A DNA stretch of 64,000 nt from Podarcis liolepis (taxonomy: Eukaryota). The stretch is taken from the NCBI GenBank assembly GCA_965112155.1, contig OZ218101.1. One strand, written 5' to 3'. The first letter of the stretch is position 1; each line of letters starts with the position of its first letter. The notes under the pieces were generated by a model. That model was given only the letters and a program-made list of their open reading frames with translations. It ran no database searches and had not been told where the DNA came from. Shown in pieces: positions 23,801-37,057 of the stretch. A program made the translations under genes and the position numbers.

Positions 23801-25382
23801 TTTCTGCCTAGCAAGCAAGCAAGCGGTGGAAGTGACAAGGAAAAGGAGCAGCAGTTGGTCATAATGGCAAAGGAGGTAAGCTCCTTACCAAGGAGGCAGG
23901 TGGACCATGGAGAGTGTCTTTCCCAAGGGCCCCCTAAAAGTTGGAACCAATGCTGAATCAGTTGCAAAATTAATCTGGTTAATTACTATTGGACTGAAGT
24001 CTGCCTTTCATTCAGCAGTACCCTAGATATTGAACAGTCTTCAATAATGAGCAGTAATAGGGGATTGAGATGATTTGGGTCCCAGTTTTCTATTGCTTCA
24101 AGTCAACCATTCTCAACTGTGCCACAGTTAGATTCTACACATAATGAGATTGAACTTCTCTACCCTGCAAATTCTGAAAGGGGTGGACCTTACAGAGAGA
24201 GAGAAAGAAGGGGGGGGGCAATTTCTCTTGAGGCTAGCATATGATTGTGTAGGAGGAGTTAAAAAAAAAGACACTGAAATGTTGTTTATTTTTGCTTCTT
24301 AAAGGAAGGATGGAGAAGGCAGGCAGTTTTGACAATAATTGCTTCCTACATTTCTGATGGGTTGGGAAGCACTGGCTGCTCACCAGGCCTTTCCTGTCCC
24401 TCTGCCTCCCAGTATGAGCCACCCTGGCTCACTCCTTCATGCCTGACTGACTCCTCTCCTGATTTATAGTAATTAGGAGCCTCATCATCTGTCCAGAAGA
24501 ACATCTCAGCTTGCTGCATCCTCCCAGCAAGACCAGGGACCATTTGGATGGCATTATCATGGCTGACATTTGTTTACTCACAGGTGTCACATTGGGCTCC
24601 CAGATGGTACTGAGCCACATTGTTTGCTTGTGGCACCTTTTAGTGCTTTCCCTACTGCCACCATGTTTACCTTTTCATGACACAAATGACTGGAAATAGA
24701 AGCGCTTGCTTTGTGTGCTGTCAAGTTCCTTCACAAAAACGATTCCCAAAGCTCTCCACAATGCAAATGGTAAGAATATTGTTGACCCCCGCATATAATC
24801 TTTGGATGTCATCATTCTGCAAGTTTGGGTACTTTTCTAGAATATGAAGTTGATTACCACCTTGCCGATATGTCAAATGATCCCAGGCCAGCAGCGTGCA
24901 TTTTAATGATCCAATATGGATTTCACAATCTGCTCTCTGGCCAGGAGTGCTTCCAATATCTGCTTCTGGCACTTATAATTGGTGAAGGCACTGGATGGGT
25001 TCCTTATTTCCTTCTGCCTTCCAAGAGAAGAGGGAGTCTCAAAGCAGGTGAGGCATGTTTTGTGATAGTGGCAGTTTGTCAAAAATGGTTTGCTCACTTT
25101 GTGCACATTCCTCCTAGGTTTACTTCTTCGGAGTTTTTGGCAGACTAGTAAATCCACACTGGGGCAGGATGAAGCTACTGGGCTTCCTACTCTGCAAGCT
25201 GGGAGAAAATGGGCAGTATCCTATTCCCATGCCCCATCAGTGCAAGCATTTTTATTTGTACAGTGGAACTTCTCTCCTTACTTTCTCCTGAATGTGTCTC
25301 ACACCTTTCCCAAGTCTGCTCTAGAGGGTTGTGGGAGAAACTAAAACAGATTATGGGACATGTGTGTGTGGAGGAGAGGAGA

Positions 25383-26201
25383 CAGTCCCACCACGCAAGC
25401 ATATATTGTTGCATTGTTGTGGTATTTTGGCAGATGGGACTCACCGACCTGGAAAGGTAGCTCATCTCGTGGAGGAAAACTCTGATCCTAAACCTTCACT
25501 GCCTCATTTGTGAGAAAGGGTTCAGGCATAAACTCTGCGGAAAAATTCATTAACCTTGCTATACAACTTTGGGAGAAGAAAAGGCTAAAGAGTTACCGTA
25601 TTTTTCGCTCTATAACATGCACCCGACCATAACACGCACGTAGTTTTTAGAGGAGGAAAATCCGTAGGCATGCCACCGGTAGGCATTCCCTCCATAACAC
25701 ACACAGGCATTTTCCCTTACTTTCTAGGAGGAAAAAAGTGAGTGTTATGGTGCAAAAAATACGGTAATTCTACACAAATCCAGAGTGGAGTTCCTAAGAC
25801 GGTTGGATGGCATCTTGTACACCTCCATCTGGCAACTCCTGCAGTTGATGTGCTGGTGCCAAACGTCTTGCTCTGCTTTCCTTTGCATAACATCAACAAG
25901 GCTAAAGAGGGGGGGTATTCTTGTCTGGTCAGCTCAGGACTTCTATACACACTGTCAAGGCTTGTGCCTCACCCATTTGCAGCTGGAAGGCTAAGGTGGT
26001 TTTGAGTTGTAACTGTAAATTTTTTCACCTTGTTTTTTTTTTTTTTTTTGCTCCACTTCAGTGCTGCTAAGGCAACAAAAACCACACGGAAGGCAACAGT
26101 TACGAGTTAACAGTCTCTGCAGCTATGGCAGGCACTGCGATTATCCAGTGGTTTGACTTCTAGAGGTGCAATCCATTGTCTCTCGAGACGTATGCTGACA
26201 A
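25383..26201 (+). mobile_element. RTE-type non-autonomous retroelement (5'-UTR-like part plus RTE-like 3' end), interrupted by a MITE
   Basis: GGAAAACTCTGATCCTAAACC near the 5' end and TCCATTGTCTCTCGAGAC at the 3' end; a second copy lies on the minus strand at 33362-33550. Confidence 0.55.
25596..25764. mobile_element. Tc1/mariner-superfamily MITE, family C (169 bp)
   Basis: TIRs CCGTATTTTT...AAAAATACGG, TA TSD; near-identical to 34326-34494. Confidence 0.9.
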
Positions 26202-28664
26202 GATTGGGCATTTACTTGGATACAAGCCAATAATTCCCAATCTGCTTTTGGAGCAGGTTCAGACATATTCCTTGTGCATCTGTCCTGGGTTGCAAGAGGC
26301 ATTTAGTAAAGCTGAAGGCCCTCATATTATTTCAGGAGACCCGGAATGTGCCTCAGTGGCATATGCTCAATGCTGTTCAGTCTTTCATACTAAGACAGCT
26401 GCAGTTTGCCCCACTGTTATTGTGACATTTCAATACTCGACTGTTTTATCTCATAATGCACATACAAAACACACACACACACATACTCCTAACAATTATT
26501 CATTTGTGGAGTTGTTCTCTATCATTGCTTAACTATCATATCTCTTTTCTGCTTCTTTTCAGTGCTTGTCCTCTGGTGTAAATCAATTGTGTGTGTGTAC
26601 ATTTTCTCTGAGGGAGGAAATAATCCCACCTTCCCCACGTGTCCCGCCTGCTTGCTGCAGCTGAGACCAAGAAACAAAAAGAAACCTCCAGGTGAACCTG
26701 ATGAGAAGCATGTAGAAAATGAGTAATCTCACTAGCAGCTACAAAACATCAGTCAAAAAACTCAGTGCAGAACTCCTCCTCCTCCTCTCTATGTGGTGCT
26801 CCTTACTATGCACCTAAAAGCAGGGTGTCACAACTGTTCCCCCCACCCCACTAGTATGCTTCTATTCACACTGAAGCCACTTTTCACTGGTTTATTATCT
26901 AGAAAGTGTGTTAGTAAAATAGCAGTCATATCCCACTTAAAATGGTTGTTTTTCAGGGGAGCATCACAGATGGAAACAAAGTACCTGCTCAAATAAAGCT
27001 TTTGCCATGGTGGCATGGGTGATTGCAAAAGCACCCACAGATAATGCACAGGTTAGAGCTTCTATTGTTAGGAATAATCTGAGGCAGCGTTTCAGCTCAT
27101 TATTCACCCATCCCCCAGGGTTTTTGGTTGTTTTTTTTGCCTGTTAGTGGAGGTGCTGCACATTTGCTGACACGGCACACTATTTCTGTCTGCTGTTTGT
27201 CAGCTGAGAGATACCAGAGGGGAAATGCTGGGATCTGCAGCTTCTTTTTTAAAAAGCTAGTATTTCTCTATGGCCCCCGAGGAGAAAGTTGTGGACTGTT
27301 GTGCAGAGACAGGAGGGCTAAAAGGCAAAGCTGTGCTCAGAAGTGAGGCAACGCCAGAGTGTTGGCAGGTGGCATGTGGTGCCCTTTATCCCACCTCAGG
27401 CTTCTCCTGTTCTCTTCTACCTCCCTCCACCCCCTACACACCTAAAGCACCATCGAGTGCCTAAGGATCTCTGTGGATGGATTAAACGAGAATCTGGTCA
27501 ATGGCACCCCAGGTCAGTTCTGAAAAAGATCACCCCCTCCCCACCGCAGCTGGAATGTGTCCTGCTTATCAAGATGGGGAAATGTGATTTCCTTGAGTTT
27601 GCTTTTGCACCTTTTTATTGAAAGAGGCATCTCAGCCTGTTTTCACACTCTGGCTAGCAATATAAATGCTGTTCAAGCTCTTTCTCCAGCTTTATCAGCT
27701 GATATGAGCTGATGTTTCCTTTTTCTTTCGCCACTGCAGAGTGGACACGATACCGGCATTGATGCAATTTGTTGCCGTAATATATGCAGCGATGCTCTTG
27801 CTTTTGTAGCTTTGCCAAGCATCGCTGCTACGGAACAAAGTGTCTCACTTTCTAAAATAAACTGGCCAGTGTGCAGGTGATAATCTCAAGTTACGTGATT
27901 TGATTTGTGCCACTGATCTAGGATAATGCCACACACAAATTTTAATATGAAGTGACTAGATGGTGCTGGTGAATAATGGATGAGATAGCAGCATTCTGAT
28001 GATAGCTTGAGCTACTTTCTTTCTACCACCATCAGCCCATTGCAACTTCTTCCATTTCCCACTATGGGGAGTTATCATTGAAGCCATAGAATTGTAGAGT
28101 TGGAAAAGACGCCAAGGGTCATTTAGTCCAACCAATGCAGGAAGCTCAACATGCAGTCTCCCATCCAGTTTTGAAAGCATACGGGACCCTGCATAGCTTT
28201 GCAAATGTGCTAGCAGTTTTATTGTTGCACCACTAGGGGACATCTACATTCCACACTACATGCTGAGATGGGTGACATCAGACACACTTTCCGAGAATTT
28301 CTGAGGCCTCTTCTGAAGCCTGGGTTGCCTTGACGTTGCCCTCTTCCATCCCTAGTGATGCAGGTGAAGGCTGGTTCTCCTGATCACTAGTAAACAATTC
28401 CTTGCTTTTTAAAAAAGAATAAATAAACTCATGGAATGTGCCACTTCATAAGTGAGCAGAGCTGCCATCTAGGTAGAGAGTAGCTTTTCTTTCTGTGTTT
28501 CAGACAACATGCAATTTGATTGAAAAGCAATGGGGAGCCATAGCTCTGCTTTAATTCCATACACTGAAAGGCACAAACCCTTCTTGATTTGCACAAAGGT
28601 TCCTGTTTGCCCTGCACTGATACCATTGCTATGTTCTTGTGAGCTTTAAAATCTAAGTGCATGG

Positions 28665-29022
28665 TAAAAGGACCCCTGGACGGTTAAGTCCAGTCAAAGG
28701 CGATTATGGGGTTGCAGGGCTCATCTCACTTTCAGGCCGAGGGAGCCGGCGTTTGTCCACAGACAGTTTTCTGGGTCAAGTGGCCAGCATGATTAAATTG
28801 CTACTGGTGCACGGAGGACTGTGATGAGTGCCAGAGTGCACGGAAACACTGTTTACCTTCACGCCACAATGGTGCCTATTTATCTATTTGTACTGGAATG
28901 CTTTTGAACTGCTAGGTTGGCAGGAGCTGGGACAGAGCTCACCTAGTCATGGGAATTTGAACCGCCGACCTTCCAATCAGCAAGCCCAAGAGTGATTAGA
29001 CCACAGTGCCACCCGCATCCCC
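28665..29022 (-). mobile_element. Sauria SINE (divergent subfamily)
   Basis: Sauria body; TSD TAAGTGCATGG (28654-28664) / TAAGGGCATGG (29024-29034). Confidence 0.9.
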
Positions 29023-29337
29023 TTAAGGGCATGGAATGATAGCACCAGTCCCCAGTTCAACAACTGTCATGGCAGCTGAATCTTACTATTTCACCTGATA
29101 TGGATGCTTCCAAAACTCACTGTTTATGAAAATTTTCTAACTGAGAAAAGAGCAGGCCTTTAGTCATTGAGAAATCCTAGCTCACAATGGCCCTCTACTT
29201 GAATCTGACATGGAAGACATTTATGTTCTTCACCATTGGGAGTGCCCAGGGAGACTAATAAAGCAATCCTATGTGGGTCAACATAGAAATATATCCCACT
29301 GAGTTCATGAAAGTTCTTACCCTCATGTAAGAATTTA

Positions 29338-29460
29338 GGGGGTAATCTGTAGCGCAGTGACAGAGCACTTAGTTTGCATGCAGAAGGACCCAGGTTCAGG
29401 GCACAACATCTACAGACAGGGCTGAGAAAGACTCAGTATAAGGCAGCTTCCTATGTTTCT
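29338..29460 (+). mobile_element. Squam3-like SINE with internal deletion
   Basis: tRNA-like head joined to the GACTCAGTATAAGGCAGCTTCCTATG tail. Confidence 0.7.
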
Positions 29461-29678
29461 GTGGAAGCCAAAGCATGCCATGCTGTGAGCTGGTACTTTT
29501 GGTCTGAACTCCTATTACCTGCTTTCCATAAACAGGAAGAGCTGCCATGGCTGAAGAAGAATGCAGAAGTCACCAGTCTGCTGACCTTGTGTTGAGGAGG
29601 ACAAAGAGAGGAAGACTCTAGTGGGAACATGTCCTGCTCTCAGAGGCAGTATATGTTTGAATACCAGTTGCTGGAAAC

Positions 29679-30005
29679 CAGAGGCACCAGGTTGTGAGAG
29701 TATTTGGTGGCAGGTGGGGGACATCCTGACATTCCACATGCATTGTCCCAATGGTGGGAGGAGCCAGAGGCGGAGCCTAATGGTGTGGCAGCTCAGCTTC
29801 AGCAGCCGTCATCTCCTTCTCCTGCTACCACCACCACAGGGGTGGTGACCCCCCCCTCCACATCAGGAAGAGGAAGAGAAGAAGGGGCTGGCCACTAAAG
29901 CTACACCACATTCAGCTCCATGCTTGCCTTCCTCCACCCCCTGATTGGGGGGCTCTCCCCAAAAATATGGGGGGAGGGCTCAGCCCCCAGGCATTGGCAT
30001 CCCTG
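29679..30005. mobile_element. hAT-like element inserted in a CR1 3' UTR
   Basis: Ends CAGAGGCACCA...TGGCATCCCTG; 8-bp TSD CTGGAAAC/CTGGGAAC; CR1 UTR continues on both sides. Confidence 0.65.
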
Positions 30006-30924
30006 CTGGGAACTGCAGTTGGGCAGAGTGTGGTTGCAATCAAGTCCCTGCTTGTTGGTCCCTGGACTCACTGACAGTGAAGAGTAGGGAGTCAATGAAC
30101 CAAACTTCCACAGTTTCTGCTGCCAGAGATTTTACTCACTATGTACCCTTTAGGACACTCTCATTTTAGAAAGGTCATTTTTATTGTATGCTACAATACA
30201 GCACAGGAAAAGAAAGGGATGTGAGCAAGAGGAATAAAAGCAATTGTATTTCTTTCTTGCAAAGCCCTATGGGAGCAAGAGTTTCTATTATGCCAGTGAA
30301 GTAAACAAACATCCCTAATGTATTAAAAAAGCATCTTTGATAAATGCATTCATATTTAATATTGCACTATGCTAGTAAAAATTGAATGCACAGCCTGAAT
30401 CGTGCCTCCTACAAAGATATTTTTTTATTTCACCCTCTTGTGAGCAGCCCCGCTGATTTCAAATACATTATTCACAGTCAGTAAGCCAAAACATGGCAGG
30501 ATCAGAGCCTAATGTTATAGCGGACTGGCTTTCCCCCTGTTTCTACAAATATGTCTGACACATTCCCCTGAGGGTTCAGATACAGCTGTATGCTGCTATT
30601 CCTTCTTGACAAAGGGGTGTGATTTAACCAGCCACGATGACGATGATAGTGGTTTTATATAGCAGGATTTACAATGGAACATCTCTGCAATCCTCCAGGA
30701 ACATCAATGGTCCTCAGCAAATCCTATTAATTTCAATAAGGGCTGGACAGGAAAGGGCGCTGGGGCTTTGTTCAATATTTTCAAGTGGCAAGAACTTAAG
30801 CATGAAAGACAGACCTTGGCGAATGTGCCCAGATATTAGATACCACATTGTTTGTTGCAGTATAATAATATAGCAAGGATAGTGCTGTGTAATACATCAA
30901 GATAAACACATACATTTTCTATAT

Positions 30925-31150
30925 AGTGCTTTCTTATACTGGCTCACATCAGTAGTCCATCAAGCCTGGTATCATCATTCATAACTGGCGGTAACTCTGA
31001 ACAGAGGCGGAGCTAGCTGCTCTGGCACCCGGAGCTGCGCACATGCTGTGCACCTGGGGGCGGAGCTAGCAGCCCGCGGGGCGGGGGGGCAAGCGTCCCA
31101 GGGGCTCTGAAGCAGAAGTCTTCCCCAGCTTTAAAGTTTGAGATCCTTTA
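30925..31150 (-). mobile_element. Squam3-like SINE interrupted by a GC-rich hAT-like fragment (31002-31103)
   Basis: SINE halves flank the insert, bordered by ACTCTGAA/GCTCTGAA. Confidence 0.55.
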
Positions 31151-31534
31151 AGAGGAATGCCAAAGATTAACTTGTGATCAGATAGATTGTCCTTTTTTTT
31201 ACTGTAAAGATGAAGTCACAGTCTTACCTAGCTTGCAAATAAATCAATCATGGCAGATGCCTGGCCTTGGCATTCTTCTTGAAAAAGAAAATCCTAACAT
31301 CACCTTTAGGAATCCTTCCATTGCTCAGCTGTGTTTGTAGAAACTTTGCCTTACATTAAGCCACAACACAGTTTTCCGCCATGTAAATTTATGGCTTCTT
31401 TTCCTGTTTCCAGTGGAAATATAAACATTAATGGCCCTCTCTCAATTTTACTTCATTGTCAATCATACCTTAGTATCAGTGGTGAGTTGGAACCAGAGTA
31501 AGTGTTTGTATTCAACTAAGCTATCCTCAAAGTA

Positions 31535-31878
31535 AGGTAAAGGTAAAGGGACCCCTGACCATTAGGTCCAGTCGCGGACGACTCAGGGGTTTGCGCGCTC
31601 ATCTCGCTTTACTGGCCGAGGGAGCCAGTGTACAGCTTCCGGGTCATGTGGCCAGCATGACTAAGCCGCTTCTGGTGAATCAGAGCAGCACATGGAAACG
31701 CCATTTACCTTTCTGCTAGAGTGGTACCTATTTATCTACTTGCACTTTGACATGCTTTTGAACTGCAAGGTTGGCAGGAGCAGGGACCGAGCAATGGGAG
31801 CTCACCCCGTCACGGGGATTCGAACCACAGACCTTCTGATCAGCAAGCCCTAGGCTCTGTGGTTTAACCCACAGCGCC
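31535..31878 (-). mobile_element. Sauria SINE
   Basis: (GGTAAA)n tail on the + strand; TSD ATCCTCAAAGTA/ATCCTCAGAGTA. Confidence 0.93.
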
Positions 31879-32446
31879 ATCCTCAGAGTAGACCCATTGA
31901 AATTAATGAACCCTAGTAGGTTATGTTCATTAATTTCAAAGGACCTAAGTAGGATTTCATTGGACTCTAACTAGATATTTGGATATTTACAAAATTACAA
32001 CCTAGACACATCTATAATCCTCAAGAGATCGCCTGAGTCATCAGTCATGGTCACCTCATAAAACAATATATAACAATATAATATAATATTCAGCATCATC
32101 ATAAAATGGGGGCAGGAATTATATACTTCTGAGCAGAAACATATGGGATTACACTGTTGGTCTGGATCCAGCCCAGTGTTTGGCAACCACAACATTATAA
32201 GAAGCAGAACAAGACTGTGGAGAGAGCACCTCTCTAGTCTGAATGCAACTGGTTTCCAGGGGATGACAAGGCAAACTTTGAAGAAAGCCTCTTTAGACAT
32301 TCAAAAGTTTAAAGAAATACTTTCAGGGCATTAATTGATTTCATACATACAGCTCAACTGCTGAAAAAGCAAAAGAATACTATGCAATATGCATAATCGT
32401 AATGTCCCCGGAAGTATATTTTATCCTCCAGTACCAAGAGCTCAGA

Positions 32447-32774
32447 GGGATGTGGGTGGCATTGTGGGTTAAACCACAGAGCCCAGGACTTGCCGATCAG
32501 AAGGTTGCCGGTTCGAATCCCCGCGACGGGGTGAGCTCCCGTTGCTCAGTCCCTATTCCTGCCAACCTAGCAGTTTGAAAGCATGTCAAAGTGCAAGTAG
32601 ATAAATAGGTACCGCTCCGGTGGGAAGGTAAACGGCGTTTCCGTGTGCTGCTCTGGTTCACATGACCCGGAAGCTATACGCCGGCTCCCTCGGCCAATAA
32701 AGCGAGATGAGCGCCGCAACCCCAGAGTCGGACACGACTGGACCTAATGGTCAGGGGTCCCTTTACCTTATCTT
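32447..32774 (+). mobile_element. Sauria SINE with a short internal deletion
   Basis: Head, B box and ACCTT tail; TSD TACCAAGAG (32432-32440 / 32775-32783). Confidence 0.93.
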
Positions 32775-33361
32775 TACCAAGAGGTTTAACGTAGCCTTTG
32801 CAATAGCTGGTCTTGAGATAGCATTGCAAAGCCATGACTAGCTCTGATGTGGGGTCAGTAACGTATGGGTATTTGGATCATGTTGGTTCTTCCCACCCCA
32901 ATATCTCCTCCTTCATTCTGATGCAGATGTGGGGAATCCCTCACATGACCCAAACAATAATACCGGTACATTAATAGCCCTTTTGGAACCAGCCGTCTTT
33001 GTGGTGTCAGGAACCCACAAAAGTTATATGTGATTCAGACTCCTGAGGGGAGAGGCGAGGGGAGCCACAGGTACTCTGAGAGAGCTGTCTATGCCAGCAG
33101 TCAGCAGACTTTAGGCTTGGTGGATCTACTCTGTCTTTTACTAGAACCCAACAGTCCAGCACCAGCCAGTGTGTTGAGGCTGCACTGCTCACTTGTCCAC
33201 CATCCAGCTCAGTCACTGCAGAACACCAAGACATTTGCATGCCTGTTCCTAATATACCACAACCAAAATTTATAATGGTTTATTCCCGAGACCAAGGAGC
33301 AGTTCTTGTGTATGTTTAGATGCAATTGACTACCATTTTGAATCAAGCGGGTGGACTTTTT

Positions 33362-33550
33362 TTGTCATTGACATCCGTCTGTCTCAAGAGACAATGGAGT
33401 GCACCTCCAGGGGTGAAGTCAAATGGCTGTTTTAGCAGCACTGAAGTGTGCACTCCCCAGTGCACAAGCCTGGACAGAGTGTATGGAAGTCCTGGGCTGC
33501 CCAGATGACAGGACTACCCTCTTAGTCTTGCTGATGTGGTCCAAAGGAAA
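33362..33550 (-). mobile_element. RTE-type non-autonomous element, 3' part
   Basis: Reverse complement aligns to 25877-26201; ends ...GAGACAGACGGATGTCAATGACAA. Confidence 0.6.
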
Positions 33551-34299
33551 TCAGTATGATGTTATTTCCCCCTACTATTTTTGCTATAATTATTTACATT
33601 TAATCTGAGGAAAAAGTAAGAGGAAAATAGAACTGAAGCTGACTCCAAACACCTTCTACACAGAATACATCATTTGCACCTTAAAAGAGGGATTCTGTCT
33701 GTTCTGGTTAGTCTGTTCTTTAATTATCTTTATGAAAGCAAGGAAAAATCCCCCTAAGGGTTTAGTTCCTTTCTGACTAACTGCTTTTAACTCAGAGATA
33801 AGGGAGACAAGCAGACTAATTTAAAATCCTTTTTTTTTTAGCTTGCACATCTGGGTGAGATGCCTGCTGTCTATTGTTTACTGTGGACAATATTTATTTT
33901 ATGGTAGGAAGGAAGCTGAACTTTATTTTCTGTCATGTGGAAAGGGTAAGCAAAATCAAAAAGTGCCTTAAGGAAATTAAGGAAACCTCTAGATCCTGGG
34001 CTTATATGTGAAAGTCACAGCAGATCAATGCATGGGATTATCTCTTTTCCCAAATCTAGAGCCAAACGGGAGTCATTCTCTTGCTTGCACCCATCCCAGT
34101 TCTTTTATCAGAGGATCTTGAGATACTGAATGCAACAGAGTGGGATATATTCGAATCATTGGATAAATGCTGACACTCATTTCAAATTGCTGCAATCTCT
34201 TCAACTCAGACCTACCAATGGGGCAATAAAGAAGGATTGTGACAAAAGGCACAGTTCCAGCATGTACACAGCTTAATACTTAGCACAAAATAACAAATA

Positions 34300-34825
34300 C
34301 AGTGGTGCCTCACAAGACGAAATTACCGTATTTTTCGCTCTATAACACACACCCGACCATAACACACACGTAGTTTTTAGAGGAGGAAAATCCGTAGGCA
34401 TGCCACCTGTAGGCATTCCCTCCATAACACGCACAGACATTTCCCCTTACTTTCTAGGAGGAAAAAAGTGAGTGTTATGGTGCAAAAAATACGGTAATTC
34501 GTTCCGCGAGTTTTGTCGTCTTGCAATTTTTTTCGTCTTGCGAAGCACGGTGTCGGGAAAGTTTTGGAAAAGGTTCAAAAATCACCAAAGTCTTAAAAAA
34601 CCTCAAAAAAGGCTACCACACCACGTTCTATGAGTTGCTCCTCGAAGTCAAGTCGCAACTGTATTAACGGTGTTAAGAAAAAGGAAACAAACTTGCAAGA
34701 CGTTTCCGTCTTGTGAAGGAAGCCCATAGGGAAAATCATCTTGCAAAGCAGCTCAAAAAACAAAAAACCCTTTTGTCTAGCGAGTTTTTTGTCTTGCGAG
34801 GCATTCGTCTTGCGAGGTACCACTG
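34300..34825. mobile_element. Tc1/mariner-superfamily MITE, family B, with nested family-C MITE
   Basis: TIRs CAGTGGTGCCTC(A)CAAGACGAA...TTCGTCTTGCGAGGTACCACTG, TA flanks. Confidence 0.92.
34326..34494. mobile_element. Family-C MITE nested at a TA site
   Basis: Absent from the sister copy at 35462; TA duplicated at 34324-34325 / 34495-34496. Confidence 0.93.
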
Positions 34826-35461
34826 TATTGAATTAGGTAAATTTGGGGGTGGGTGGAACAAGTTAGTCACTTTTAATTGGAGGTGGTCATGGCTAACTCT
34901 TCACTGAATGGGGTCAATGTTCATTTGCTGAATGAGCAGGTGTTTTTTTTAAAGCCTTATTTCTTTAAATGAAGGTCATTTCGGGTCAGGGTTGAGAAAG
35001 GAGAAAGATTTTAATATCTGACTTTTTAATTCAACAAACACACTGGATTTAGATAAGGCTTTTCAGATACTTGTGCTACTCTCCCTTAACTCAGAAAATA
35101 CACACCTCCCAAGACACAAAAGTATGATTCATTAATGATCTTACAAAATGTCAACACAAATAAGTATTTGAAAACTTCTTTCTACTCTTTCTGAGAAAGT
35201 CAGGAGGGAAGATGGTGTAGATGTGAGAAAGCTGGAGAATGACTGAGAGGGATCGAGTATTAATGAATATTTTATAACGATTGTCTTTAATAAATGTGTT
35301 TTCCCCCAGAAATTTGCTATCAACAAAAGCAACTAATCACATATTCATTCCCTTATGTCAATTTAAATGAAAACCCATAGCAAGAGTCTTTAAGACTTGC
35401 CACATTACAGAGCACACACCGTGGGATGCTGAGCATATTTTCCCTTGAAAGTTTTGAGGTA

Positions 35462-35815
35462 CAGTGGTGCCTCGCAAGACGAAATTAATTCGTTCCGCGA
35501 GTTTTGTCGTCTTGCAATTTTTTTTGTCTTGCGAAGCACGGTGTCGGGAAAGTTTTGGAAAAGCTTCAAAAATACCAAAGTCTTTAAAAACCTCAAAAAA
35601 GGCTACCACACCGCGTTCTATGAGTTGCTCCTTGAAGTCAAGTCGCAACTGTATTAACAGTGTTAAGAAAAAGGAAACAAACTTGCAAGACGTTTCCGTC
35701 TTGCGGAGCAAGCCCATAGGGAAAATTGTCTTGCGAAGCAGCTCAAAAAACAAAAACCCCTTTTGTCTAGCGAGTTTTTTGTCTTGCGAGGCATTCGTCT
35801 TGCGAGGTACCACTG
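35462..35815. mobile_element. Family-B MITE, uninterrupted
   Basis: Same TIRs, TA flanks, internal GTCTTGCG repeats. Confidence 0.93.
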
Positions 35816-36931
35816 TACTGCCAGAGTGTTTCACAAAGTGTTTCACCCATTACTATTCCTTACTTGAATGTTGTTTTTGTTATCAAATTGGCAGAAATAT
35901 AGCAGACAGAGTCCAGTGAGAAAAGAAATTGATAATACCTAGGGTAAACTGATCGAAAACAGTATATAATATGAGGAGAAAATAGAGAGGCTTGTCTTTC
36001 TCAGGTCAGGCCTACACAGGGAAAAAACACCTTCAGAACCATTTTCCCCTCCAACAATCAAATCTCAGTCACCTTCCTCACTTCCTAACTCCCGGCTAAC
36101 TAGAACTTCCAGCCAATCAGAGTCTACTGTCATCCAGACCAATATCTTAAGAATTAAATCCTTAAGCCACTCACTGGCATGGTCCCTGCTGTTGTATGTT
36201 CATCAGTTTTTTTCCTATGCCATCTGTCCTAAAGTCTACCTGCTCCTGTCCTACAAGGCAGAGGGTTATTTTAAGGGTAGGATCCAGATGCTTACTGAAA
36301 ACAAATAAGGAAATGCCTGGGAAAGTGACATATTAGGAAAAGGTTACTCTGTTAAGGTTGAGCTCAACGTTAAACTGTTCCATCCATCTATATGAAGCAA
36401 TAGGACTGGACGGGTCATTGCACTGGGAGAGCTAGAGGTTTTGTGGGTTGCTGAGGTGTAGCTTCATTATGGAAATGAATCAGAAGATGTCACCGCAAAC
36501 TACTTAAGGTATTCTGGAAGCAGTAATTATGTATTGGGCTTTTTATGGAGGTGAAGAGATAGACTGCAACTTGGCAGCAGTGCAAAAGGCCATAGTCATC
36601 TCACCCCCCCGCCCCCCGTGTGTGTGTTTATGTGTGTAACTTTTGTCAGTCTGCTTGAAGGGGTCGGGGCAAACTGCAGCATATGAAATTCTTACAAGAG
36701 TCCTATGAAGTCCTATGACTTAGAGAGAGGTACTAACTTAGAACCAAACCAGACGGGACATAAATGTGTCTTTGCATTTAATGGGCAGATGTTTTAAAAA
36801 TGCAAATTCCATCAGCTGGGAAAATGGATAATTAATGGGATCAGAGCATGCATGGGTGGGAGGATTTAACAATTTCTTCCCCTGCTGCTGCCCTGAGGAA
36901 AATCCCTCTAAAGTCAGCATTTGCACAGGGA

Positions 36932-37057
36932 CAGGCATGGCCTAACTTGGCCCTCCAGATATTTTGGGACTACAATTCCCATCATCCCTGACCACTGGTC
37001 CTGTTAGCTAGGGATGGTGGGAGTTGTAGTCCCAAAACATCTGGAGGGCCATGCCTG
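36932..37057. mobile_element. Palindromic hAT-type MITE
   Basis: CAGGCATGG...CCATGCCTG, long internal palindrome, TSD CACAGGGA/CACTGGGA. Older relatives at ~5160-5255, 16029-16130, 51170-51280 and 58110-58245. Confidence 0.85.

Noticed and set aside
23780-23882. Apparent acceptor/donor pair (…GCCTAG| … GAG|GTAAGC)
   Set aside because: Peptide KQASGGSDKEKEQQLVIMAKE is unrecognised, the length is not a multiple of 3, and no partner exons were found.
35358-35919. 162-aa and 151-aa ORFs on opposite strands
   Set aside because: Chance frames across a non-autonomous MITE; no transposase motifs.
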